A stretch of 64,000 bases of DNA, from positions 1,777,226 to 1,841,225 of the forward strand of contig OY970335.1 of assembly GCA_963717425.1 (NCBI GenBank), written 5' to 3'. Every line of letters begins with the position of its first letter. Position 1 is the first letter of the stretch. This DNA is from Vulcanimicrobiota bacterium. GTDB lineage: Bacteria > Vulcanimicrobiota > Vulcanimicrobiia > Vulcanimicrobiales > Vulcanimicrobiaceae. The position numbers and the translations under genes were made by a program. Shown here in pieces: positions 1-10,455 of the stretch. The notes beneath the pieces were generated by a model, which worked only from the letters and a program-made list of their open reading frames with translations, ran no database searches and was not told the DNA's origin.

Positions 1-374
1 CGCTGACGCTCTACCGCGATCCGACGCTGCGCGAGGATGTTCCGGTCTATCGAAAGCTCTCGATGAGCCTCGATGCATTGCGCCGGCGCGCGGTAGCATA
101 CGTTTCCGCCATCCCACAAGCCGTCGCTATCGACAGCGACGCGCACGTCGGCGCGGGCGCGCTGCCGCAAACGCGGATTGCGTCGATCGCCGTAGCGGTG
201 ACGACGCCCAAGCCCGATCTTCTAGCCGCGACGCTGCGCGGCGGAAGCCCGCCGATCGTGCCGCGCATCGACGAGGAGCGCGTGCTGCTCGACCTGCGTA
301 CGATTGCACCCGACGACGATAACGTTGTGATCGCCAGGCTTGCCGACAGCCTGCGAGAAGAGGACTTACCTTAA
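1..374 (+). CDS. selA: L-seryl-tRNA(Sec) selenium transferase, C-terminal fragment. The 5' end lies outside the window.
   Basis: The frame of ORF 63..374 stays open back to nt 3 (LTLYRDPTLREDVPVYRKLSM...). The tail (GAGALPQTRIASIAV...PPIVPRIDEERVLLDLRTI) resembles the SelA C-terminus. selB and tRNA-Sec are in the same window. Confidence 0.65.
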   Translation, partial: LTLYRDPTLREDVPVYRKLSMSLDALRRRAVAYVSAIPQAVAIDSDAHVGAGALPQTRIASIAVAVTTPKPDLLAATLRGGSPPIVPRIDEERVLLDLRTIAPDDDNVVIARLADSLREEDLP

Positions 375-520
375 TCCGCGCTCAGAGGCGGAGCTCCGCG
401 AAGTCGCATTTAGTGCTTGATGAACACGATCGCTTTTGCGGCGGACCCCGGTAGTTCTGGTCCGGCTGCAACGATCGTTCGAAGAGGTCCCTTGGGTAGG
501 CCCGTTCCAGAGACTGTGCC

Positions 521-1099
521 GTGCGCGAGCGGCAGGTGAGCCAAGTGATTTCCATTCCAAAGGCTATAATTTCGTTGAGGTACGACTGGGATTTAGGGGT
601 TATTTTCGGAGCTACGGGTATGACTGTTGGCATGCTATCGCTGGTGTATGCGCGCACGCAAGCGTTGCACGCGCGCAGGCAGGCAGATGCGGCGAATCCC
701 GCTGCGACGCTCGAAGTGCAGCAAGCGATGGCCGACCGGATGTATCAGGCACGACTGGGCCTCACCAGCAATCCCGTTATTATGGCTTTGTACCTGGACG
801 CGAATCCGGAAATGCGGGAGTTGTACCCGGATGTCGCGAGCGTCGAGACCACGGTTGTGGTGCGCAATATCATAGACACCTTACAAGACATGTACTTCCT
901 ACGCAGGACCGCGATCGTCGGCGATCACTTCTGGCGAAACTGGATGGCCTCGTTCGGTCCGGTCGCCCGCATGCCGATCACGCGTGCAGTTTTCGATAAT
1001 GCCGTCAAGCGCGCGGCGATCGACCCGGAGTTTGCGTCGTTCCTGCGGCCGATTTTCGAATCCCAACCGCTGGAGGATCCGAAGTTCAAGCGCACTTAG
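521..1099 (+). CDS. Hypothetical protein with one predicted N-terminal TM segment. The start is uncertain (ATG at 619 is possible).
   Basis: 192-aa ORF that does not overlap a recognised gene. It has a hydrophobic stretch (GVIFGATGMTVGMLSLVYA) and non-repetitive composition. No family recognised. Confidence 0.4.
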   Translation: MRERQVSQVISIPKAIISLRYDWDLGVIFGATGMTVGMLSLVYARTQALHARRQADAANPAATLEVQQAMADRMYQARLGLTSNPVIMALYLDANPEMRELYPDVASVETTVVVRNIIDTLQDMYFLRRTAIVGDHFWRNWMASFGPVARMPITRAVFDNAVKRAAIDPEFASFLRPIFESQPLEDPKFKRT

Positions 1100-2635
1100 T
1101 TAACGATCTGAGAACCAACCCGAAGGAACGACGTCGAGATTGACGTTGATCTGTTTGACTTCCGTGTAGCCGTCGTAGCCGTACGTGCCGAGCTCGCGGC
1201 CGATGCCGGACTGCTTGTAACCGCCCCAAGGCGCTTCGTTATAGGTCGGGTGGTACGTGTTGATCCACGTGATGCCGGCGCGCATCTTGCGAATGACACG
1301 GTGGGCCTTCGCAATGTCTTGTGTGAAGACGGCGCCGGCCAATCCATAGATCGTGTCGTTCGCCAAGGCGATTGCCTCGGCTTCGTCGTCGAACTTCTGC
1401 ACCACCAGAACCGGCCCGAAGATCTCCTCTTGAACGATGCGCATGTCCGGTGTGGTTCCCGCGAAAATGGTGGGCTCGATAAAGTTGCCGTCGGCCAGCG
1501 GGCCGCCCAGCCGCTCGCCGCCGCACAGCAGTGTCGCGCCTTCCGCGACGCCGGCTTGGATGTAGCCTTCGACGCGTTCGCGATGAACCGGCGAGATGAT
1601 CGGTCCCATTTCGGTCGCTTCATCAAAACCATCGCCGACGCGAATCTTGCCCGCGCGCTTGACGAGGCGCTCGACGAAACGATCGTGCAGCGAGCGCTCC
1701 ACCACGAGTCGCGATCCCGCCGAACAGACTTGCCCCGCGTTGGCGAAGATGCCGAAGAGCGCGTAATCAACTGCCGTGTCGAAATCGGCATCAGCGAAGA
1801 CGACGTTGGGCGATTTACCGCCAAGTTCCAGCGAGATCTTCTTGAGGTTAGACGTGGCGGCTTGCATGATGCTGCGACCGGTCTTCGTTCCCCCCGTGAA
1901 CGCTATCTTGTCGACCAGCGTGCTGGCCGCCAGTGCGTGCCCGACCGTCGCTCCGGGTCCCGTGACGATGTTGACGACGCCGGGCGGGAACTCCAGCTCG
2001 TCGAAAATCATCGCCAAGCGAATCGCCGAAAGCGGCGTGAGCTCCGCCGGCTTGAGGATGCAGACGTTGCCCGCTGCCAGCGCCGGAGCGAGCTTCCAGG
2101 TTGCCATCAAGAGCGGATAGTTCCACGGCACGATTTGCCCGCACACGCCGATCGGCTCGCGTACCGTGAAGGTCTGCGAGGGTGCCGGGACGTCGAACGT
2201 TTGCCCGTGCGGCTTCGTAGCCAGCCCAGCGTAATAGCGAAAGCAGTTTGCCGCGTCGATCGCATCGTATTCCGTTTCGCGCAGCGGCTTGCCGTTGTTG
2301 AGCGTGTCGATCCGCATGAACTCGTCGCGATGTGCGTCGATGGCGTCGGCCACGCGGAAAAGAAGCGCCGCGCGATCGCCCGCGCTCGTGCTGCTCCACG
2401 GGCCGGTGTCGAACGCTTTGCGGGCCGCTGCGATCGCCGCTTGCGCGTCGGCAATGTCCGCTTCCGCGATCGTCGCAATCGGCCGCCCGTCGGCCGGATT
2501 GAAAAGCTCGCGGGCGTCCCGTCCCGCGGCGAGCCTCCAGCCTCCGTCGACGTACATTGGAATGACGCCCTCGATGCGCGGCAGGTCTCGGAGGATCTCG
2601 TGTGCGCGTGCGCTCGAGTCCGTTGTGGTTTGCAT
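1100..2635 (-). CDS. NAD(P)-dependent aldehyde dehydrogenase, probably gamma-aminobutyraldehyde/betaine-aldehyde type.
   Basis: 511 aa with ALDH hallmarks: catalytic Glu context LELGGKSP, catalytic Cys context NAGQVCSAGSRL, and EEIFGPV. It is the last gene of an operon with patA-like and gabT-like genes. Confidence 0.9.
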   Translation of the reverse strand: MQTTTDSSARAHEILRDLPRIEGVIPMYVDGGWRLAAGRDARELFNPADGRPIATIAEADIADAQAAIAAARKAFDTGPWSSTSAGDRAALLFRVADAIDAHRDEFMRIDTLNNGKPLRETEYDAIDAANCFRYYAGLATKPHGQTFDVPAPSQTFTVREPIGVCGQIVPWNYPLLMATWKLAPALAAGNVCILKPAELTPLSAIRLAMIFDELEFPPGVVNIVTGPGATVGHALAASTLVDKIAFTGGTKTGRSIMQAATSNLKKISLELGGKSPNVVFADADFDTAVDYALFGIFANAGQVCSAGSRLVVERSLHDRFVERLVKRAGKIRVGDGFDEATEMGPIISPVHRERVEGYIQAGVAEGATLLCGGERLGGPLADGNFIEPTIFAGTTPDMRIVQEEIFGPVLVVQKFDDEAEAIALANDTIYGLAGAVFTQDIAKAHRVIRKMRAGITWINTYHPTYNEAPWGGYKQSGIGRELGTYGYDGYTEVKQINVNLDVVPSGWFSDR

Positions 2636-2639
2636 ATCG

Positions 2640-4019
<1,380 letters not shown>

Positions 4020-5294
4020 TCACCTCTTGTAAACTTCTTCTGCGCTGGCTTGCAAAATTGCGAGGCCTTCCTCGAGTTCGTCGTCGCCGACCACGAGCGG
4101 AACGAGAATGCGGATGACGTTGCGCTCACTGGCTAAGAGCAGCAGTAGCCCGCGTCGACGAGCGGCTTCCAAGATTTCCGGAGCGCCGGAGGAAAGCTCC
4201 ATAGCCATCATTGCGCCGAGCCCGCGCACGTCCTCCACTTGGCGGAAGCGCGACTGTAAGGCGAGCATCGCGGCGGTGATGCGTTTCCCGACCGTCCGGG
4301 CGCGGGCTAAGAACGCGTCGTCCATGATCTCGAACACGGCGAGCGCCGCCGCGCATGCCACCGGATTGCCGCCGAACGTGCCGCCCAGTCCGCCGGGTTC
4401 GGGGGCGTCCATGATCTCGGCCTTTCCAACCACGGCCGCCAGCGGCAGGCCGCCGGCCAGCGATTTTGCGACGGCGATCAAGTCCGGCTCCAGATCGTAA
4501 TGCTCGCATGCGAAGAACGTACCAGTGCGCCCGAACCCGGTTTGAATTTCGTCGGCAATCAACACGATGCCATGTGCGTCGGCGATGCGCCGGATCTCGT
4601 GCAAAAACTCGGGCGGTGCGGGAATGAACCCGCCTTCGCCGAGCACGGGCTCGATGATCATCGCCGCGACCTTGTCTGGAGCGACGCGGGACTCAAAAAT
4701 CTGTTCGAGCGCGCCGATTGCGTGGCTCGTCGTCACACCGTGATGCTCGTACGGAAACGGCGCGTGGTAAATCTCGCTGCAGAATGGGCCGAAATGCTGT
4801 TTGTACGGCGCATTCTTGCCGGTCATGGACAACGCGAGCAGCGTGCGGCCGTGAAACCCGTGGGCGAAGGCGATGACGGCGGGACGGCGCGTGTATTCGC
4901 GAGCGATCTTGACGGCGTTCTCGGTCGCTTCGGCCCCCGTAGACAGCAGAAGCGTCTTCTTCGGTGACGCGCCGGGCGCGCGGCGATTGAGCTCTTCGGC
5001 CACGCGAACGTACGGTTCGTACATGGCTACTTGAAAGCAGGTGTGGGTGAACGCCGCCGCTTGTTCGGCGATCGCCGCCACGATCTGCGGATTGGCGTGG
5101 CCGGTGTTGAGCGTGCCGATGCCGCCGGTGAAATCGAGATAACGCCGGCCCTCGACGTCCCAGAGTACCGCGCCGCTGGCCCGGCCCGCCCAGATTGGGT
5201 GAGCCGTCGCGACGCCGCGCGCGACGCTATCGCCGCGGCGTTGCGCCAGCGACTCCGTCGTAACGGCGCTCGAACCTTTTTCGCGTACTGTCAT
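4020..5294 (-). CDS. gabT: 4-aminobutyrate aminotransferase (class III PLP aminotransferase).
   Basis: 424 aa with GabT-like motifs: DFTGGIGTLNTGH, IIEPVLGEGGF, ADEIQTGFGRTG, LGGTFGGNPVACAAALAV. Its stop directly abuts the patA start. Confidence 0.85.
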   Translation of the reverse strand: MTVREKGSSAVTTESLAQRRGDSVARGVATAHPIWAGRASGAVLWDVEGRRYLDFTGGIGTLNTGHANPQIVAAIAEQAAAFTHTCFQVAMYEPYVRVAEELNRRAPGASPKKTLLLSTGAEATENAVKIAREYTRRPAVIAFAHGFHGRTLLALSMTGKNAPYKQHFGPFCSEIYHAPFPYEHHGVTTSHAIGALEQIFESRVAPDKVAAMIIEPVLGEGGFIPAPPEFLHEIRRIADAHGIVLIADEIQTGFGRTGTFFACEHYDLEPDLIAVAKSLAGGLPLAAVVGKAEIMDAPEPGGLGGTFGGNPVACAAALAVFEIMDDAFLARARTVGKRITAAMLALQSRFRQVEDVRGLGAMMAMELSSGAPEILEAARRRGLLLLLASERNVIRILVPLVVGDDELEEGLAILQASAEEVYKR

Positions 5295-5345
5295 GGGAGG
5301 GCGAGGAAGTTGTATTCGGCGAGTTTAAAGGCGCTCTTCTTTACT

Positions 5346-8300
5346 ATGGGAAAGCGAATCGCCGGGCTCGCCCTCCTCCTGGCCGTTATTTCGCCCCTCG
5401 GAGCAAGGGCGGGAACGACTGGAACGCTGCGTGGCCGCGTGGTCGATGCCGCGACGCATGCCCCGATAGCGGGAGCAGTCGTGAGCGCCGTATCGCCGTC
5501 GCAGGCGGCACAGAGCGTTTCCGACGCAGCCGGCGAGTTTTCGTTCATTTCGCTGCAACCGGACACCTACACCGTCAGCGCGACCAAGGCGGGTTACGAG
5601 CCGCAGTCGCAGGCCGGAATCACGATCGTCGCCGATCAGTCGGCGAGTGTCGGTCTGACGCTGCAAAAGGCGCTCAAGACCATTGCCCGCACGACCTCGC
5701 GATCCGCGCAGTCGCTGGTTCATTCGGGAGTCACCAGCGACGTCTTCTCGATCAACTCCGCCGGGCAAAAAGCGGCCGCGACGCTTGCCGGTTCGGGATC
5801 GTTGACGCAAGCGTACGGCGCCATTGCGACCGCGCCAGGCGTCAGCATCCCCTCAAATCAGCAGGGATGGTACCAGAGCGTCTACATTCGCGGTGGCGAC
5901 GTCGATCAGGTCGCATACGAGTTCGACGGCTTGCCCACCACACGCCAATCGGACCTCGCACCGATCGCCACGCTGTCGTCGCTCGGCAATCAGGAAGTCC
6001 AAGTGTACACCGGCGGAACGCCGGCTACGTCAAACTCTTCCGGGCTCGCCGGCTACATCAACCAAGTGATCAAGACCGGCACGTCTCCCGGCTACGCCAA
6101 CGCCGATTTGGGAATCGGCGGTCCGGCGTTCTATCATCAAGCCACCGTCGAAGCCGGCGGCGCGACACCCGATCGACTTTTCTCCTACTACGTGGGGCTC
6201 TCCGGAACAAACCAGACGTTTCGCTACGGCGATAACTTTGGCGCCGTAGGCGTCCCTCTCTATTTCTATCCGCTCTCGGTTCCGTCGAACAACAACGTCT
6301 ACAACATTCTCGACGGGTCGGGGGGAAAGGCACCGAATTACGGCTTCATCGCGCAGCCGGGATACAGCTACGCGCAAGCGGCCGACTTCGATCGAGAAAA
6401 CGTCGTCAACTTGCACATCGGCGTTCCCCACCACGACTCATACTTGCGAGACGATTTCCAGCTGCTCTACGTCACCGGCGGCATCGCCGCTCAGTTTTAT
6501 AGCTCGGCGAACGACATCGGCTACACTCCCGGGGTCGGCGCGCAGACCGGCATCGGTTATCCGATGCCATACCTGGATTCGCTCTACTACGGCGGCCCGC
6601 TGATGCGTACGCCCAACCCGAGAGACCTCGTCGTCGGGCTTTTCCCCAGCAGTCCCACGGCGCGGGCCGCCGGAGCGCCGGTCGACCCCAGCAACCGCGA
6701 CGGCAACTACAACGGGTACTCGATCGAGAAGCTGCAGTATCAGAAGAATTTCGACACGCATTCGTACCTGCGCGCCCTGACCTACGGCGAATATTCCAAC
6801 TGGTTCATCAACGGTCCGAACAGCGCGCAGCTCGTCTTCGGCTCCGATCCGGCCGACTACGAAGTGTTCGAGCACGGCTACGGCGCCGGACTGATCTATG
6901 CCAACCAGCTTTCTTCGCGGCACTTGATTACGGCCGAGGCCACGTACATGACGCAGCGGCTGCAAACCTACAACGCGATGTTCAGCTCGACCGATCCGGT
7001 AGCGAGCAGTCTCGCACCCACGGGTTTGGGCACCATTCTTTCGAGCTACGGAACGCCCAACGGCAAATGCTACAATTACGTAACGGGGCAGCCGTGGAGC
7101 TGCTTCGATGCCGGAAGCCAAGGCGGGTGCCTGACGTCGACCGGTTGTTATCCGGGTGAGGGCTCGTACGACTTCAACCTGACGCCCGGATATGCAAAGC
7201 CGGGAACGCCCGCCGCAGAGGCTCACGCGCGCTGGATGATGACGGAAAACGGGCAGAGCGCCCAAGTGGACAACGTCACGCCGCGCTTCGACTCGTTTGC
7301 GTTGACCGATCTTTGGCAGCCCAACGACCGCATCGTCGTCAACGTCGGCGCGCGATTCGATCGCTACGCCTACCTTACGAACGATCTCGAAGCCGGCTAT
7401 CCGGCGCGGCAGTTCTGGTTTGACGCCTATAACAACGAGCACTGCGGCGCTCCGGCCGCCCCTCCGCAGTGGACGTGGAACTCGTCAACCGGTGAATTCG
7501 GCTCGTGTTCGGCCGGGTTCGCGCCGATGACGCAGCCCGGAAACGGTTTGTACAACGTTGGCGCCGGCACGAACGTCGCCAACGTCTTTCAGCCGCGCCT
7601 TTCGTTCACGTATACGATCAATCCCGACACCGTCATCCGCGGCTCGGCGGGAAAATACGCTCGCGCCGAAGGCTCGTCGTACTACCAGTACAACACGTTC
7701 CAGCAGAACCTGGCGTCGTTCATCGCGCAGTTCTATCCCTTAGGCTACCATACGCCCGACCACGACATATCGCCCGACACCTCCGACAATTTCGACCTCT
7801 CGCTGGAAAAGCACGTCAAAGGCACGCAGCTCTCGTATAAGGTGACCCCTTTCTATCGGGACACGAGCAACCAGCTGCAGTTTCAAGCGATCAACGCCGT
7901 GCAGGGAACGCTGGCCGGGCTCAACGTCGGCACCCAACGGTCCTATGGCGTCGAGCTTTCGCTGCAATACGGCGACTTCAGCCGAAACGGCTTATCGGGC
8001 TTGTTTTCCTACACGCACACCCAAAATCAGATTCGCTTTAGTCCGATCAACGGCGTCAGCGTGATCGACTCGCTCAATTCGCAAATAGAGCTCTACAACT
8101 CGTATACGTCCGCGTGCGCGGGCGTGAGCGCTAACTCGCCCAACTGGGCCGCTTGCGGAAGCGGCGCATATTCCGGCAACGCCGCGCAGATGCTGCACAA
8201 CAGCCAGTCCGGGACGCACGATCAAGGGAAGCTGCGGATACCCAACCCCTACTACCGCGACCCGCTCCAGCCGCTCTTCGCCACCGGCGCGTGGTATACG

Positions 8301-8906
8301 CCCTACGACGTCATCCCGAGCCCCTTCAATGCGGCCAACGGCTACGAAGTGCCCGACATCGCGTCGCTGATCCTCAATTACCGGCGCGGCCGATTCGCCG
8401 TGACGCCTTCGCTGCATTACGTGGACGGCTCGAACTACGGCTCGCCGCTGGTGTATCCCGGCTACGTGCCGCAGTCGTGTTCGGCGCAACCGATGAAGAC
8501 GCCGATGACGCCCGGCGTGAGCTGCCCGGGGGGCTCGATCGGCGCGGTCTTTCTTCCCGATCCCTACAGCGGCCGATTCGACAACCTCGGCGCGTTCATG
8601 CAGCCCGCGCAGCTTACGCTCAACTTGCAGACGAGCTACGATCTTACGCCGCGCGTGACTCTGACCTTTATGGCGGTCAACCTCTACGACAAGTGCTTCC
8701 AACGCGGATATGCCTGGGACAATTCCGCGACCTGCGTTTACTCGACCCTACCTTCGAACATTTTGGCGCCGTCCGGGAACTTCGTGAAGAATCCGCCCGT
8801 GCAGCTGCGATATCCCTATGGAACGTTTTACAACATTACGGAAGTAGGGATCTCATCGGTGATGCAACCTTTCGGCTTCTTCGCCGACATCAGCGTTAAG
8901 ATTTGA
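5346..8906 (+). CDS. TonB-dependent receptor-like outer-membrane protein with an N-terminal CarboxypepD_reg-like domain.
   Basis: ATG at 5346 gives a signal peptide (MGKRIAGLALLLAVISPLGARA). This is followed by GTLRGRVVDAATHAPIAGAVV...SGEFSFISLQPDTYTVSATKAGY (carboxypeptidase-regulatory fold), a plug-like YIRGGD...EFDGLP, and a long beta-rich region ending in an aromatic-rich C-terminus. The 5031 start would overlap gabT. Confidence 0.8.
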   Translation: MGKRIAGLALLLAVISPLGARAGTTGTLRGRVVDAATHAPIAGAVVSAVSPSQAAQSVSDAAGEFSFISLQPDTYTVSATKAGYEPQSQAGITIVADQSASVGLTLQKALKTIARTTSRSAQSLVHSGVTSDVFSINSAGQKAAATLAGSGSLTQAYGAIATAPGVSIPSNQQGWYQSVYIRGGDVDQVAYEFDGLPTTRQSDLAPIATLSSLGNQEVQVYTGGTPATSNSSGLAGYINQVIKTGTSPGYANADLGIGGPAFYHQATVEAGGATPDRLFSYYVGLSGTNQTFRYGDNFGAVGVPLYFYPLSVPSNNNVYNILDGSGGKAPNYGFIAQPGYSYAQAADFDRENVVNLHIGVPHHDSYLRDDFQLLYVTGGIAAQFYSSANDIGYTPGVGAQTGIGYPMPYLDSLYYGGPLMRTPNPRDLVVGLFPSSPTARAAGAPVDPSNRDGNYNGYSIEKLQYQKNFDTHSYLRALTYGEYSNWFINGPNSAQLVFGSDPADYEVFEHGYGAGLIYANQLSSRHLITAEATYMTQRLQTYNAMFSSTDPVASSLAPTGLGTILSSYGTPNGKCYNYVTGQPWSCFDAGSQGGCLTSTGCYPGEGSYDFNLTPGYAKPGTPAAEAHARWMMTENGQSAQVDNVTPRFDSFALTDLWQPNDRIVVNVGARFDRYAYLTNDLEAGYPARQFWFDAYNNEHCGAPAAPPQWTWNSSTGEFGSCSAGFAPMTQPGNGLYNVGAGTNVANVFQPRLSFTYTINPDTVIRGSAGKYARAEGSSYYQYNTFQQNLASFIAQFYPLGYHTPDHDISPDTSDNFDLSLEKHVKGTQLSYKVTPFYRDTSNQLQFQAINAVQGTLAGLNVGTQRSYGVELSLQYGDFSRNGLSGLFSYTHTQNQIRFSPINGVSVIDSLNSQIELYNSYTSACAGVSANSPNWAACGSGAYSGNAAQMLHNSQSGTHDQGKLRIPNPYYRDPLQPLFATGAWYTPYDVIPSPFNAANGYEVPDIASLILNYRRGRFAVTPSLHYVDGSNYGSPLVYPGYVPQSCSAQPMKTPMTPGVSCPGGSIGAVFLPDPYSGRFDNLGAFMQPAQLTLNLQTSYDLTPRVTLTFMAVNLYDKCFQRGYAWDNSATCVYSTLPSNILAPSGNFVKNPPVQLRYPYGTFYNITEVGISSVMQPFGFFADISVKI

Positions 8907-10447
8907 TACGACGGGAGTTCGTTCGAGGCGTTGGAATGGCCGCGCTCGGCGCGGCGACGGTCCCGGACTTTGTTGCTTGCGGGAGCTCGCAAGCGCGCGA
9001 GCGCGAGAAAGTCGCGATCGTCGGCGCGGGCATCGCGGGCCTGGTGACGGCGCTGCGCCTGCACGATGCGGGCATCGATTCGACGATCTACGAGTCGTCC
9101 GAGCGGATCGGCGGACGGATGCACTCGGAGCGCGCATACTGGAATCAGGGGCAGCATACGGAGTGGTGCGGCGCGATGGTCGACTCCACGCACGTCAACA
9201 TCCGTCAGCTTTCGAGGCGGTTTGGCCTGGGCTTGCTCGACACGCACGCGGCTCGCCCCGCGCGCGCCCGCGACACCTGTTACCTCGACGGCCGTTACTA
9301 CTCCATGACCGACGCGGATAGGGATTTTGCAAAGATCTATCCCACGCTGCAATCCCAGCTCGCGCAAATCCCTTCGGCGACGACGTACGCAAACGCCACG
9401 GCGATGGCCCGGCGGTTGGATTCGATGAGCATGCGCGACTGGATCGAGCGGTACGTTCCGGGCGGCACGAGCTCGCAGCTCGGGCGCCTGATCGCAGAGT
9501 CCTATCGCAACGAATACGGGCGCGAGATCGAAGAGCTCAGCGCGCTCAATTTGGTCGAGCAGCTCGGCCTGCAGCGCCACTACGCGGAAAATCGCCAAAT
9601 GAACGTCTTGGGATATTCCGACCAGCGCTATATCTTGGCCGACGGAAGTCAGGCGCTTCCCGAAGCGATTGCGGCGGCGCTGCCCGCCGGAAGCGTCGTG
9701 CTCGATTGCCGTCTTGTCGCGCTGCGCCGGCTGCGCGGCGGAACGTACGAGCTGCGCTTCGCTCGCGGTGGGACGACTGAAACGATCTATGCGGATCGCG
9801 TAGTGCTGGCGCTACCGTTCATCGTGCTGCGAGCTCTGGACGTTTCCGGCGCGGGGTTTGATTCGGCCAAGACCGATGCGATCCAGAACCTCGGCTACGG
9901 CTACCACACCAAGCTGCATCTGCAGTTCGATCGCCGCGCTTGGATGCGCGCCACACATCCGTGGCCCGAACCGACCACTGGGCAGATTTGGACGACGCTA
10001 CGGGTGCAGAGCGCACTCGATTATTCGCTGGGTCAAAGCGGCCGCGACGGCTTGATCGAGGTCTTTACCGCTGCAGGCCCCGCAATGCTCGACACGCCCT
10101 CGATGCCGTACGCTCGCATTTCCGAATCCGACGAGGTCGGGCGACACGTGCGCAGTTTCTTCGATCAGCTGGATCGCATTTGGCCCGGCGTAGCGTCCAC
10201 TTGGAACGGCAAGGCCACGTTGGGGAATGCCCAAGCCGATCCGAATATCCGCGCGAGTTATTCGTGCTGGCTCGTTGGGCAGTGCACGACGATTGCGGGC
10301 CACGAAGCGACGCCGCAGGGGCGCGTTCACTTTGCCGGCGAGCACACTTCGGTCGACAACCAAGGATTCATGGAAGGGGGCGCGGAGTCGGGCGTTCGCG
10401 CCGCGGGAGAAATTCTGGCAGATTATCGCATTCGCGCCGTCGGTTAA
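8903..10447 (+). CDS. FAD-dependent amine oxidase (flavin monoamine/polyamine oxidase family), with a Tat signal and a possible lipobox.
   Basis: The TTG start overlaps the upstream stop. N-terminus IRREFVRGVGMAALGAA...VACGSS. Dinucleotide-binding VAIVGAGIAGLVTALRL...YESSERIGGRM. C-terminal FAGEHTS motif. Confidence 0.85.
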   Translation: MIRREFVRGVGMAALGAATVPDFVACGSSQAREREKVAIVGAGIAGLVTALRLHDAGIDSTIYESSERIGGRMHSERAYWNQGQHTEWCGAMVDSTHVNIRQLSRRFGLGLLDTHAARPARARDTCYLDGRYYSMTDADRDFAKIYPTLQSQLAQIPSATTYANATAMARRLDSMSMRDWIERYVPGGTSSQLGRLIAESYRNEYGREIEELSALNLVEQLGLQRHYAENRQMNVLGYSDQRYILADGSQALPEAIAAALPAGSVVLDCRLVALRRLRGGTYELRFARGGTTETIYADRVVLALPFIVLRALDVSGAGFDSAKTDAIQNLGYGYHTKLHLQFDRRAWMRATHPWPEPTTGQIWTTLRVQSALDYSLGQSGRDGLIEVFTAAGPAMLDTPSMPYARISESDEVGRHVRSFFDQLDRIWPGVASTWNGKATLGNAQADPNIRASYSCWLVGQCTTIAGHEATPQGRVHFAGEHTSVDNQGFMEGGAESGVRAAGEILADYRIRAVG

Positions 10448-10455
10448 GACACTCC

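Noticed and set aside
5031-5345. N-terminal 105-codon extension of the TonB-dependent-receptor-like ORF.
   Set aside because: The extension overlaps the gabT coding region on the opposite strand and is Arg/Ala-rich. A clean signal peptide starts at ATG 5346.
9940-10455. Upstream 172-codon extension of the selB ORF.
   Set aside because: It overlaps the 3' part of the amine oxidase gene in another frame. The G1 motif of SelB begins right after GTG 10456.
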